Of a stretch of DNA of 64,000 nt, positions 1 through 13,300 are shown piece by piece (position 1 is the first letter of the stretch; each line of letters starts with the position of its first letter). Source of the DNA: Euglena gracilis (Eukaryota). The stretch lies in assembly GCA_039621445.1 (NCBI GenBank), contig CP154954.1, positions 39,021,816 through 39,085,815 on the forward strand, in the 5' to 3' direction. Made by a program: the position numbers and the translations under genes. The notes beneath the pieces were generated by a model, which was not told the DNA's origin, made no database searches, and saw only the letters and a program-made list of their open reading frames with translations.

Positions 1-742
1 TAACAAATGAATCGGCGGGGTGGACGAACCCAACCAGGGGGAGGGGAACAAATGAGAGGCCAACATTCCAGAATGCAGGCCACAAACCAGGGGGGGGGGG
101 GAACAGCAAAAATGCCAAGAAATGTATGTACAACTTTATGTTGTCTGGTGGTGAAGCAATTTGCCTGTGCATTGTTGCCCTCCAAAAATATCAGCAAAAA
201 AACCATCTCCAAAAAAACAAAAAAAGACGATTCGCAAGTTTTTAATTATCAAAAAAACGAACCATATGCAAAAAATGCAAAATCACAAATCTTTGGATGA
301 TGCGAAAAGCAAATTATGCAACTTGAATATCCCCCCGGAGGCTGGCTGTGAACCCTTGAGCAGAAGCCTGCTCCCTGTGGGTGGGGTAATGCCAGGCGGC
401 CTTGCGTTCAATGCACAAGGTACCTGACGGACAGGCCGGCCAATGGTCGTGGGCGTTGCGGGGGCTGGGGAGGGGCCGGGGACTGGGGGCGCTGCCCGCA
501 CCCGCACCCGCACCCGCCGCGCCGACCGCCGCCGCCGCCGGCCGCAGCGTCTTCAGTGTCCCCTGGTCGTGCGCCGCAAGCCAAAGACATACGGGGGGTG
601 GGGGGGCGGCGCAGACTGCGTGAGGTGGGAACAAGGCGCAAGACGGAGACAGAGACAGAGAGAGGTGCCTATTACCATGATTCATACAACGATTACCATG
701 GTTTGTCACCACGACCTGGGTGTGCATGCGTGTGCCAGCGTG

Positions 743-1640
743 CGGGTCACTCCACAAAGATAGCAAAACAAGGGAAGGGGAGCTGCAAACCAACCATGGA
801 TTTGTGCGCAGTGCCACGGGGCACTGGATTTGGAGGTGTTGGGTTGTGGTAGGGCCACGTTGTGAAAGGCCGACCCAATGGAGTGGGAATCAAAGACCAA
901 AATTCTCATGAAAACAAACAGACAATATGCCCAAAATAATCCAAGAGAGCCAGCTAGCTACAAAGCATATTGAACAACCAATCTTCATAAAATACAACAT
1001 GTGACAAACAATTGAATCAAAAAACTGTCATAATGAACAACTGAATATAAAAATATATTTTCAAATAGTTCACATTTATTTTCAAATAGTTCAAAAAACA
1101 AAATAAAATAACAAATGAGTCAACAACAGAAGCAACGAAAAAAAAAAAAAAAAAAAAAAAAACAACGAAAAAGCGCAATACTTAGACAAGACAATTGCAG
1201 AGGTGCATCCACAAAAATATGAAAGAGCGCAAACAAAAAATGTCTGTTTGTCACCATGGACAATCTGGTTGTGCAGCCTCCAGAGCCCGTCGGGTGTCAC
1301 TCCACAAACGATAGCAAACACACTCGCCCCGGAGGGGACTGCAAACCAACCATGTTATTTGTGCGCAGTGCCACGGGCCTGGATTTGGAGGTTTTTGGGT
1401 TTTGGTAGGGCCCCCGTTGTGAAAGGCCCTCCCTCCCCCTCCCCCCCAAAATAATCCAAGAGAGCCAGCCTAGCCCTGGCAATCCCATCCCCACTCCAAT
1501 AAAATACCCCACCAAATTGAATCAAAACAACCATAATGAACAACTGAATATAAAAAATATTTTCAAATAAAAAAAGAATAAATAAAGTTCACATTTCATT
1601 TTCAAATTAGTTCAAAAAAACCAAATAATAACAAATGTAG
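743..1640. repeat. Diverged tandem duplication, period about 500-550 bp
   Basis: gtcactccacaaa..ctgcaaaccaaccatg..tttgtgcgcagtgccacggg at ~745 and ~1295; aattgaatcaaaa..cataatgaacaactgaatataaaaa at ~1010 and ~1515. Confidence 0.8.
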
Positions 1641-3928
1641 TACAACATAAAAACAAACAACAACCCCCAGACCCCACTCCCCCCCCTCCCAAAAATGCCC
1701 CAAAAAAATATGGTCCACAAACAACTCCCCCAAAAAAAATCTTGGCAAATTGCAATGTCATAGCGTTTTTGGGGGGTCACCACTGGTAGCCATGAAAAAT
1801 TTTGGTGCTCACAGGTGAACCATGAAAATGTCACCTTGACCACACTGGACATACAAAGAGTTCATGGTGAATTGCACCATAACATCCTCTTTCCCAAACC
1901 CACCCCCCTTTCTCCTGCCCACCCCCCTTTCACAGCACAGCAGTGGACGTCGTTTGATGCCGCAAGGTTGATGGAATAATTTCACAAAAATGAAAACCAA
2001 TGGCCCATCACCATAGCCCTTTTAATCCTGCCACCATATGACGGGAGGTGCCCAGGGCTCTCAGATCAAAGAGGGGGGAACACCATGGAAAAAAAAACAT
2101 GGAACAAAGCAACACTAAATTGTCATTCAAAACCCCCCAAGAAGTACCCTGACATTTGCCAACAAGCTCAAGATTGACTTCACATTGTTTTCAAACCAAT
2201 GAACAGGCTCTATGACCATTGTGTCTCACAAAACCCTTCAAAACACCCCACTCAACTCATTGCAAACCCAATTCTTCTTGCTCCACCTGCCTGCACAAAC
2301 AGATACCCCGAAATGACACCCCGAAATGACACCCCAGGCACGGCAAATAAAAAAGATGGTGTTGGTGAAGGTGCCGATGTTGTTGTAATCGAGGAGGGAG
2401 GGAGGGAGGGGGGGTTGGGTGGCGGCTGAGGCGATCCTGGGAGCTGTCATTCCTTCCCCCGTGTGCCCAACCCCCAACCCCTTTCCCCCCGGGGCCCTCC
2501 TGTGTGACAGCCCCCGCCAGGCGGGGCAGTCAGGCGACAAGTGAAGGGCCGGTTGGGAATCCCGGTTACGGCGGCCCCCCTCACCCTCCCCTATGGCCCC
2601 CGCTCCCAACCGGCCCTTCTCGCGGCGGAAGGCCAAGGGGGTCCTCCGTACCCCTTGGCCGCGGTCTGCCCGGTATGCCAGGCCCAGGGCCCTGGCCCAG
2701 CCGCGCTTAGTGGCGGGGGGGGGGGGGCGCTGTGGGGCAGCATCGGGGGCGGCCTCCTTTCCATCTCCCGGCACATGGGGAGGGGGATGGGCAGCCCACA
2801 TCCCTGTGGGCCCCCCACCAACCTGCCCCCGGGCACACGCACACGCGGCTCAGCGTCACACCGTTCCCTTCAAAAAAAAACACCAGGAGGGGGGAAGGCT
2901 GATGGGGTGGCCCATGCACCGATGGGCCCCTCACCAACCTCCCCCGTCGGCGGGGAAATAGCGCTGTGGGAGAGGGAGTGCCATCCGGTGGTCCCAAAAC
3001 ACGGGTGAGAGGGGGAAAAAGAGGCCTGGCAGATGGTGGGGGGCGGAGCTGTCCCGCTGCGGAGCTGTCCCGCTGCAGAGCTGCTCCGCGGCCGCTGAGG
3101 CCTGCAAGGCGGGAAAAAAAATGAGCTGCGCAACCAAACGTTGAATCCCCAAATATGCCCCCCCCCCGCTTCTATTGGAAATGTCCGGGAAATTTGTTTT
3201 TGCCGTAAAAACAACACTTCAACACCCCCAGCGTGCTTTGGCCCTGGCCCAGCAAAATTTTCTGGTATTGGCCTGGTGCTGAATGCCTCCTCTGGCACTT
3301 TGACCTGAGCAGCTTCCAGTGATTGTTTGATTTAATGTTCAGAGGGACGTTAAACTTTGGGCTGGACTCCACCCTTCGCAGGTGGGGGGCACCATCTATC
3401 AAAACGGCCGTCCCATGACACCCAGTGGTCGGGCCGAGTGGGTGAAATCTCCACTATTTTCCTGGTTTGATCCGTTTCTTCCAAAAACTTAGGAGCGTGG
3501 GGCAGGGGTCAGGCTGCCGGGGGCAGGGTCATCAACCCTTTCTTGTTGCATCCTGCCTGCATCATTGCCTGGGGGGTCCACGAGCCAGCCGTGTTGCTAA
3601 ACACTGGATATAAAGGACTGCCAACTCCCCCCCTCCCCCGGGGTTTGGGGTGCCCCGCCCCGCCCGCCCGCCCCTTTCGGCACTTGGGGTGCTTTGCGCC
3701 ATGCCAAAGTTTCGGCCAACCCTCTGAAAAGACGTCCTCGTCCGGGGGGGGGGGGTTAGTGGACATAGGGGGTTTGTTGGACACAGGGGGGGATGCCTGC
3801 AACCTGCAACCCACATTGTGCAAAGAGAGCAAAAAAAGCATCAGACTCCCATTCTCAAGCCCAAAGGAAGACAAAAAACAAGTATCGAGGGCAATCAACA
3901 CAAAAATTTAACCAGAACAGACACACAC

Positions 3929-6780
3929 CATCGTGTGTCGCAGGTGGCCAGGAATCCCAGGGTGCCGGGGCCATAGGGACTGGGGCCCAGAATGGCGGAG
4001 GATAAGGGTGGCCGGGGGCTGTGGCCGGGGTCACTGCAGGGGTCGGGGCCCAGGGTGGCCGGGGGCTGTAACAGGGGTCGGGGCCAGGGTTTTTTTTAAG
4101 ACCGGGGGGGGCGGTCGGTACCCACCCACCCACCCCCTGGGGTGGGGCCCTCCCAGGGGGGGGGGTCCCGGGGGACCCACCCACTTTTACCCGAAAATGC
4201 TAAAAATAGCACCTTTTAAAAAAAATTCGGTCGAAAAAGACATACCCACCAGCCCCTGCCCCCGCCCCCCGGGGGGGGGGGGGGGGAGGGGGTCCAAGGC
4301 CAAAAAAAAAACCACTGGTCGGGTCCCAGGGAGGCCAGGTACGCTGCGGGGATGAGGCGGGGCTGCGGGGTAGCTTCCCCGGTGCCGAGCCGGGAACCCT
4401 CGCTCGGCCAGGGCGAGCCGAGGCCAAGCGAGGTCATCCGGACACGGCCCGGGGTTGCCGGTACGCTGTGGGGGTTGGGGCCATACCATTGCTTAGCGAC
4501 CCCCGGGGGGGGAGGGGGGGTCACTTTCCACTCCGAAAAAACCAGTCAGTCACCCCCCCCCGGGGGGTGGGGTGGGACAGGTGTTAAGCAACGGTCTGGT
4601 CGGGGCCCAGGGTGGCCGGGGCAGGTGAGGGTGGGGTGGGTGGTGGTTGTGGTTGTGGTGTGGGCTGTGGGCTGTGGCCATGGAGTCGGCGGCGGAGAAG
4701 CGGCAGCGTTTGCGTCGGGGATGGTGATGCGGCGGGCTCACTCACAGGCAGGCCCGTGTTCTTCTGCAAACACAGCCAGGGTTTTATGGAACGCGCCAGA
4801 CCTTTTTGAGATTTGGAGTATCCCCAAAATCGCGGTTTCAGATTTGGGCTTTTTGGGCTTCGTCCCACGACGGGTATTTTAGTGCTTTTCTTTTTTGGGG
4901 GATGAAAACATAAAAGACCATAAAAAACATGTTTTTCAATGCAAATGTCAGGGGAAAAACTTTTTGGGTCGCAAACAGAGCGTTTTTTTAAATGACCCCC
5001 CAGGGGATCCAGCTCAGAAGTCGGAAAATTAGGGCTGGCTGACCCCTTCCACCCCCCTAGGGGTCCCTGGAGGGAAAAAGGCTGCTGGCAGGTTGGCCCC
5101 CGGAGGAGGTTAAATTTTCTGAAGGTCTTTCTGGTCCTGGTTGCAAGTCCACCCATGGCAACCCCCCCTGGGGGTTGGACGGGGGTGCAGAACATCTTGA
5201 GCAGGGAAGGATGGGAAGCCTTGAGGGGGGGGGGGGGGTCGGACCCCCCCCCTCCTACCTCGAAACTGAGGGGGGGCGGAAAATTTTTCGATTTCATGGA
5301 CGGACAAAGGGCCGGAAAAAGGGTCGAAATTGGTCAAAAATCCCTGATTTTTCTTTGAAAATCGACCCAAAAATGCTCATTTTTGAAATTTTTTGAACAT
5401 TTTTTGGGGGGAAACACCAACACATCAAAAAATGGGCAATATGTCCAAAAGTGAGCAAAAGGGGTGTTTTTTGCTCATTTTCCGGCGCACAGCGCCGGAA
5501 GAAAATTTTCTGCTATTTTTGGCACCCGTCAAGGAGGGGGGGGTGGGGGGTCCGGACCCCCCTCCCAACATCTAGGGGGGGGGGGGTCCGGGGTGGTCCG
5601 GACCCCCCCCTACCACCTCAATACCGCCTCAATACCGAAGGGCTTCCCATCCTTCCCTGACCTTGAGACAGAAGGGTGGGGATGGTCTGCACCCCTCCCC
5701 CCCTGCACACAAAACCAACTCACTCGGCACCCTGCCAGAGACCCACCAAAAACAACAACAAAAACTGCACAGAGCATTGGCCAATTCTCTACCACTGTGT
5801 GTGTGTGTGTGTCAGCATTTCTGGGAAAAGCAGGGCGTCGCTTAGCGACCTTGGGGGGGGGGGGGGTCGAGTTCATTCGGGCTGGCTGGAAAAAGGCTGC
5901 TGACTGACCTTCCCATGGCGGCCCATCAGCTGGAGCCCAACCTGGGGTCGAACCGGGTAACAAAAAATAATCGAAACACCAAAATGTCCAACAAACTGTC
6001 AATTACCACAATCAAAAATTGCCAGTCAATTGCAAAAATGGAACTTTGACCGCAGATTTGCCATCAGAAGCAAACAAACCCGATTTGGGATTTGCCGAGG
6101 AGGGGAGCAGGGAGGTCCGGACCCTCCCATCCCAACATCCAGCTCCCCACCACCTTCCTTAATGCCGACAGGATGGGATTCAGCCTGAAATCCCAACCCT
6201 GGGGGGGGGGAAGGGGGGCCTCGGAGTGCCGTGGAGTGCCTGGGCAGACAGCCCCCCCCCCCCGGGGTCGGTGCCTGCCTGGCCGTGGACCAAAAAGCGC
6301 CCAACAATGGGTTTTTCTGGGCATCCGGCGCCTGAGGCACTGGAAGGGCCTTGGCCAAGTGCCCAGGCAGTTTTGCCTCAAGGTGCCTGCCCGGGCCGAG
6401 GGTGGGGTCGGCACCGCCTTAGAAAGTCAGCCTGCTTCCCATCTGTCCCTGGGGGTGGGGCCTTCGGTTTCAGCGACGCCCTGGTTCCAACCCCAGCAAC
6501 CCCCTCCCAGGACCGCCGAGTCCTTTGAGCAAAGGGGGAAAAAAACAGTGGCCTGGCTGAAACTGGGGAACCGGGGTGGGGGCACTGAAGGCTGCAGGGC
6601 GAGATGTCCGGTGGGCGACGCTGTGGTCGGCGGCGGAGCTGTGGGCGATGCTGTGGCGCAGGCGTCGGAGGCGTTGGCCAAGGGCGAGATGTCCAGCGGC
6701 GGCGTTGGCCACGGCAGTCGGCGGAGGCAGCGTCGTCCGGCCGCCGGATCAGGGCGCACAGCCACGCTGGGGGCCAGCAC
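3929..6780 (-). CDS. Probable internal exons of a second, Pro-rich low-complexity protein gene (partial)
   Basis: Exons about 67xx-6559, 4739-4602, 4476-4321 and 4079-3929 join in one open frame when two MITEs are removed by the same 3+5 rule (EPAASPSP...ATLGP|NPHSVP...ASLGP|DPCYSP...PATHD). GT donor at 3928. GC-rich sequence leaves the frame and outer limits ambiguous; further exon-like blocks lie near 3030-3101, 2500-2770 and 420-580. Confidence 0.45.
4085..4317. mobile_element. hAT-like MITE, family A (CAGGGTTTTTT...AAAAAACCCTG type)
   Basis: TIR-bounded; flanks gtcggggc/gtcgggtc (7/8 TSD). Confidence 0.85.
4482..4598. mobile_element. hAT-like MITE, family B (CAnACCATTGCTTA)
   Basis: cataccattgctta ... 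taagcaacggtctg; flanks gttggggc/gtcggggc (7/8). Confidence 0.85.
5202..5659. mobile_element. hAT-like MITE
   Basis: Perfect TIR cagggaaggatgggaagcc; flanks atcttgag/accttgag (7/8). Confidence 0.9.
5831..6483. mobile_element. MITE-like element
   Basis: 12-bp TIR cagggcgtcgct; no recognisable TSD. Confidence 0.55.
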
Positions 6781-6833
6781 CACTTGGTGCCCATGGCCCT
6801 GGTGGTGGTGGGGGGTGGGTGGGGGGTGGGGGG

Positions 6834-7388
6834 CAGGCTTGTATGGGAATCTCTGGGGGGGACCCCTTCCAAAAACTGGGGGGTGGGGGGACTGCTTGTG
6901 CTTACCGACCGGGAGGGGGGGGGGAGGAGGGTGGGTGCTACAGGGTGCCTGCCCCCAGTGGGCACCCCCCCCTCTGGGTCTTGAGGGGCCCAGAAAATTT
7001 TCATTGAAAATGGCCTCTTCCGGGCCCCTGGCGCTTTCAGCACCAGGGATTATTTTTTCGCCCGAAGTCCCGGCCCGAGGGGGGAGGGGGCATTATTTGG
7101 GGGGGGGGGGGTTTGCACCCCAAAATTTTCAAAATTTTTCGAAGTTCCGTAAGACCCAAATTAGCACCAAATCCCCCTTTGGTTTCGATTTTTTTTTGTA
7201 ATTTGTTGTTAGAGATTGTGATTTTTACCCAATTTTTCAGTCAAAAAAAATCCGGGTCGGCCCGAGATTGGGGGGGGGGCGAAGTCGGACCCCAAGGACT
7301 ATTATTTGGGGGGGGGGTATTATTTGGAGGGGGGAATATTTAGGAGGAGGGTTTACCTCATGTCTGCGGAGCTTCCCATACAACCCTG
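6834..7388. mobile_element. MITE, family C (CAGGsTTGTATGGGAA)
   Basis: caggcttgtatgggaatctc ... cttcccatacaaccctg; same ends as 13892-14413. Confidence 0.8.
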
Positions 7389-10301
7389 GGGCTGGTTGGC
7401 TGTGATGTGATGCATCACCATTCAGGGAGGACAGCAATCGGAGTGCAGGTCCATTGCGCATTTTTGCCCCCCCCACGGGAAGCACGGGGTTTCAGGTGTC
7501 CCTGCGGTGTCCCTGTGGCATTGCCGAAAAAATCCACCGCGTTTGAAGTTGGGTGCACGGTTCGCTCCTTTGCTGGGGAGGTTTTGGAGTGTTCCGGCTT
7601 GGGATTTGAGTCAGGATTCAGGGGAGGTGGGAGAGTTGGCACCTGCTGCCGGGGGGAGGGGGGTTGGGGGAGCTGGCTTGGTGCAATTTTGCGGAGCCAA
7701 AAATGAGGGGCACTCCGGGGGGGGGGGTGCCCACCCTGCCCCCCAATCCAACCAAAAAAAAGCTTCTCAAATCGGAGGTGCATTGCATCACAGTCAGCCC
7801 GTGGCATGGCCAGGCCAGAACAGGGAACCTGGGGATTGCAACCCTCCCACCCATGCACATGCACAGGTCTGCGGCGATTCACAAAATTCAGACCATGGCA
7901 CCAAACGTGCCGGGGCAAATTTGTAAAGCGAAATATTCAACTACCACCTGCCACCCAACCCCAATTGACGAATTTTTCCTTTCGGCGCTTTGGAACATGA
8001 AGCATGAATGAGACGGGATGGGGGCAAATTGGTGAGACAGGGAGATTTTTGGGCAAAAAAACCAAAAAAATTAGCACTTTGATCAATCCTTGGTGGATTC
8101 TGGGCTCAAACTTATTCGGCCCAGAACTTTGCGTCGGGCCAAAAATCTGGCCAAATGTTCGAAAAGGTGCCCCCTGACCTGATTGGGGGGAGACAATATC
8201 GTTGGACATGAGGAGGGGCACAATGTGGGGACAAGGGGACCCTCCCACCCCAAAAAAAGGCCAGGCCATTCCAGTTCTGGTCTGGGCACAGAGGTGGGGG
8301 GGGGGAGCTGGCTGGGTAATCACCGTGAGAGACGAGTTTGCGTCAATGGCCAAAGATGAAACAAACAAATACCAAGGCCCCCCATATAAGACCCCCCCGG
8401 GTTGTTGGCTTCCGGGGCCTCATATGGGGGGAACGTGGTAATTGGCCAAACCCCAGCCTTCCCAAACGCCGAATTTCCCCTGCGACTGCTTTTCTTCCTA
8501 CAATGTGTGCAGAATGTGTGCAGGCTTTCATGGGCCTTGAAAGCGGTTATATTTTTTTGTGGCATCCCAAACAGGCATGTGCTTACGGTGGGTGCCAGAA
8601 GGTGCCCCCCCCCAGGGTCCGGGGGGACCCAAAAATTTTTCATTGAAAAGTGGCCTCTTCCGGGCCCCCGGCACCTTCAGCACCAGGGTCGGAGGGGGGT
8701 GCCAGCTGTGGGCACCCCCGAAAACCCCTACCTCCACCCCCCGGGGGGGGGGGGGGTCCGGCGGGGGCCCCCCCCCCCGTGGGGAGGGCAGGCACCCAAC
8801 TTTGCACAAACCTGATTCCAAACTCAGTTTCTTCACCAAAGGGGAAAAATCAACAAGAGAATTCAGTCAAAACTCAACCCTCCAGGGAGTACCCAGCCAC
8901 GGGGGGAATTATAGCACAAAGTGGAGCCCCAATGCTCCCCCCCATACCCCATACCCCCCATACCCCCCCCGTACCCCATACATACCCCATACCCCCCATC
9001 CCCCCAAATTTTTTTGCCTGAAACCATGTTTTTTGGGCCTCCCGGACCCATAAAACCTGTTTTCGCATTGAAATTGAGTGCTTTTCGGTGTTTGAATCAA
9101 AAAGGGGCAAAAAAAGTCAAAAAATCCAAAAAATTGTGTCCGAAAACCATATCTTTTTTGCCTCCCAAACCCGAAAAACCTGTTTGAGCCAAAAAATGCC
9201 CGTGTGACGTATGCAACTGTTCCGGTGCTGGGGGGCAGGGGGGGGGGGCGGACCCAGCAACAAAAATAAACCTCATCTTTGTTTACCGACTTTTTTGCGG
9301 GCAAATCGCGCGTCGTATGAAACTGTTTGTGTGTCCGGGGGCCATAAACCTCATAAAAAAACGTCCCCAAACCCCCCCCCCAAACTCCATACCCCCATCC
9401 CCCCCCGCCATTCCCCAGGTATGGGCCCCACTTTGTGCCACGGGGGGGGGGGGGTGTTGTTCCCCCCATTCTGCTCCTCCACCACGCCCATGGGCACACT
9501 GGGTGCCAGCCCCACAGTCTGATCGATAGACAGTCCGATCGGATTGAACCAAGGATTGCAAGCAGGGTCATTCTCAGGAAACAAAAATTGATAATTTAAC
9601 CAATATGCAAACATGTGCATGCATATATGTGGTGTGCGCAGGTGAAATATAATGCATATTTTACACTATGTGTCCATCCATATCTATCTCAATGTCCATC
9701 GGTGTGCATATTGTGCATTCTTGCATCTTTTGTGTGCAAACGTCAGTGTCTTTGAGTGCATGTTTGCAAGGTGGACATAAATTTGTAATGCAATGTATTA
9801 CAATCCTTGGGTGGGTGGACCTGCGCGTGGGCAACAACGCTGGATCAACCACAGGGCTGCACAAGGAAAGCCATGTGGGCACGTTTGCTTTTCAAGGACT
9901 GGACCCCGGTGTCCAGGAGCCCAGCCAGCAGACAGCTGGGCCAGGTCATGCCCCAAACAGGCAAAAAAAAACCAAATCCAGTCAGGTTGGCATTTGGCAG
10001 GCAAAATCTGGAGGCAAGGAACCCCCAAAATCTCTCGAAAAACGCCATTTTTGGTCATTTTTGAGCAAACACGTCCTGGCGCAATGCATCGGGAAAAAAA
10101 GGTCCAGCCGGCTTTGTTGCTGGCTGGACTGCTCAGCGAATGGAACGACCTCGAGAATTGGCGCCTGTGGAAACCTGGGAAAGGCTGGGGGGTCAACCTC
10201 CCCCCCCCATCCCCACTCTCATTGGGGTTCCGGGATTCCCATTCCGCCCTGGCCATCGACCTGTGGTCCTGCGTGCACCGTGCTGCTCAGCCTCACGGCG
10301 T

Positions 10302-13300
10302 TCACCGGTGCAGCTTGTGCTTCAGCTTCCGCCACGCCCTTTTCAGGGCGTTGGGCCGTGCGCAGGGCACAGCGCCATGCGCCGTTGCATTTCCCTGGGC
10401 CAGGGGGTAGCTTGAGGATCGGGGGTCTCAGAGGCTGGAAAACTGGCTTGGCTGGGAAAAGGCTGCTGGCTGGGTGGAGCCAGGTTCGATCTCAGGGCAG
10501 CTGGGGGTGGGGGGTCCCGGGAACTTGATCCGGGCCCCCCTTGGCAGGGTGTTCCAGGAGGGGGGACACCCCCCCACCTGAACCCTGTGCACCCTCCTCA
10601 TATCAAACCCTGGGCTGGAACCCCCCCAATGGGATCAAATTTTCTTAAGCTGCGCCCTAACCTGAAAATTGCCAACCCCCCACCAAAGCCAAAGCTGGGC
10701 AGCGAAAAGGAAAAAAAAATCAAACCCGTGAACCGCCCCGAGCCAAAGAGACCAAAGAGAGACCCCCCAAAAAATGCTTAATATCTCCAAAAACATATTC
10801 TCCTATTTTTTTAACCTGAATTTTCTTTGCATGTAAATTTTTATTTGTTTTCAAGTATTCTTTATCACCCACGGGAAGAAACTTCCTGGACAGGAAAGCA
10901 GGGGATTCTAGCAACTCTTTTGAAAAACGCTTGACAGGAAAATGGATTTCGACCCCAGCCCCAGATGGGCTGTGTTATGCATTGAATGCGATTGTTGCTC
11001 CTTCCCCATCCATTTGGAAGGGAGCAGGTGGATTTTTATGACCGGGGAGGGGGGGTCCCCCTCCCCCCCCCCCGGGGGGTCCCCCCCGAGGCGGGGGGGG
11101 GGGGGGCGTCCCAGGGAACTTGCCGAAGAATCGCGAACAGTGCTAACAATGGCACTTTTTCAAAATTTTCGGCGCCAAAGGCACCCAAAAGTACATCCCG
11201 TTCCCCTCCAGGGGACCCCCCCCCCAGGGGGGGCTCAGCCGGACCCACCCACCCTACCCCCCCCAAGGGTCCACGGCTTAAAAAAACCCCTGGAAAGGAG
11301 GATAGAAGACAGAAGTCGTATTTTGTTTTGTGCTATGTGCCCTGGCTGGGGTTGCGCCACCGCTGCTGCTTCAGCGGCCGGCGCGGCCGGCGGCTCCGGC
11401 GCAGCCGGCGGCTCGGCCGGCGGCGCGGCTGGCGCGACAGCCGGCGCGGCTGGCGGCGCAGGCGGTTCCGCACGCCGGGCAGCGACAGGCCGTTGCCAAA
11501 GATGGAGGGGGTGGGGTGGGATTTGGTCTGGGACCAGACTTTCAGTTAGTGTGCTTCAGGAAGTTCTGTGCGGCGCACAAATTTTTTTCTGCGGCGCATG
11601 CAGCGCATGGACAAAGTTTTGCTGCGGTGCTTGCGGCGCAAAATTTTTTTTTGCTGTGGCGCTTGGGGCGTACACAATTTTTTCCTGAAATTTTATTGTG
11701 GTGCACTTTGAACCACAAAGGCGCTCTCACACCCAGGCTTTGGGCAAAGCTGTGCTTCACCATGGTAGCACCAGCCTCACTGTTATCAAAAAAATGTTGC
11801 TGTGGCGCTTGCGGCGCTCGGAATTTTTTTGCTGCGGCGCATGCGGCGCATGGTGGATTTTTTGCTGCGGCGCTTGCGGCGCATGGTCAAAATTTTCCTG
11901 CGGCGCTTGCGGCGCACAGAAAAAAATTTTGTGCGGCGCACTAACTGAAAGTCTGTCTGGGACTTCCACCAGAAGAGGGGGAGCTTGGCACCCTGTCGCT
12001 TCTTCAAGGAAACCCTGTGGAGGGGTGGACTGAACAAACTTTTTTAAAACTGATCCCACGGGCCACATCCACCCAATAACCAGTCAATCAGATTTATTTT
12101 GAAACCAGTCAGCCACTCTGGAATCCACATAGAAATAGACCACAACTGTGAAAAAAACTGTAAAAAATTTTCTGGCAGAGGGGGGCCAAAAACTGGTCCC
12201 TCACTGGGGTGAGGTCGGGATCAGGGTTTTTATCAAGACTGGGGGGGGTCCCCCACCCACCCCAGGGGCCGAAAAATTGCGAAAAATGCTAAGAACAGTG
12301 CATTTCTCAAAAAGTTTCAGCACCTTCAGCTCCGAAAAGTATATTTCACCCCTGGGGGAACCCCCGGGGGGGGCTCCACCCACCCTGCCCCCCCAGGGGG
12401 TCCAAAACAAAAAAAACCCTGGTTGTGGTTGGGAAGGATACTCCAGTGAGTGGTGAGTGATTGTCCGCGTTGGACTTGCAATGCAGAAAGGCAGGAGGAG
12501 GGGCAGTCCGTCAGGAAGGGCCTGCCCGGCAGGCCACAGCCGGCGCCGGATCTCCCGCACCACCGCCTTCGCCTTCGCCACGGGCCCGGGCGGCGGCGGC
12601 GGCGGCGGCTGCGCGTCCCTCCACCGCTGGAGGGGCGTGGTGGGGTTGATGAAGGGGGCGGGCACTTGGCCGCAGGCCGGTCCCCCCGGCACCCACTTGG
12701 GGGGGGGGACAAACCGCCCGCGAGGTTTGGAGAAGTTTGGACCGCCTTCAAATTTTGAGCCGAAAGGCATACATTGGACCTGACAGCAACCCAATCAGGA
12801 AACGGGGGGAGTGCAACGAGGCGATTCAAAAAAAAAACATGTGACGCCTGCAAATTCCGTTTACCTGCATTTCAACCCCAAAGGTTCGCCAGGTCCAGCA
12901 CTTTTGCCGTTCGATGATAAGGGCTTTTGGCGCATTCATCCGTGTTTCCAGGCTGTTCCAGGCATGTGAAATTCTTTTTCCCTGAGGAGGGGAACATTGA
13001 CCAACTGGGAGGGGCCGGAAAAAAAGGGGGGGATGGGCCTGGCCCCAGCAGCAGGGCGTGGACGGCAAGGTCGCCCATGCCGCCCGCCGCGACTGCCCAC
13101 GTGTGGGCAACGCGGAGGGCGGCGTAGGCGGCGTTGTGCCGCCACGCCCTGGCTCAAAGGGGACAGGAGGAGGGAGGGGACCAGGCTGTTTTTTTTACCA
13201 ACCTGGGGGGGGGTCCAGAGTGTCTTGGAAGCCATACCAAAAATGTTGAAAATCCCTTGATTTTTCTTCGAAAATGAATTCCTTGAAAACTGTGAACAAT

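Larger units (their letters stand above)
10358..11347 (-). other. Nonconventional intron with nested MITEs
   Basis: agc-CAGggcaca ... tgtgccCTG-cgcac|G; perfect 9-bp stem; in-frame AQP|RPNALK. Confidence 0.8.
11481..12527 (-). other. Nonconventional intron with nested MITEs
   Basis: ggg-CAGgcccttcc ... ggcaacggcCTG-tcgct|G; in-frame WPA|ARRAE. Confidence 0.75.

Noticed and set aside
6092-7201. 369-aa plus-strand ORF
   Set aside because: It reads through MITEs and G tracts; the coding-like part fits better as a minus-strand exon.
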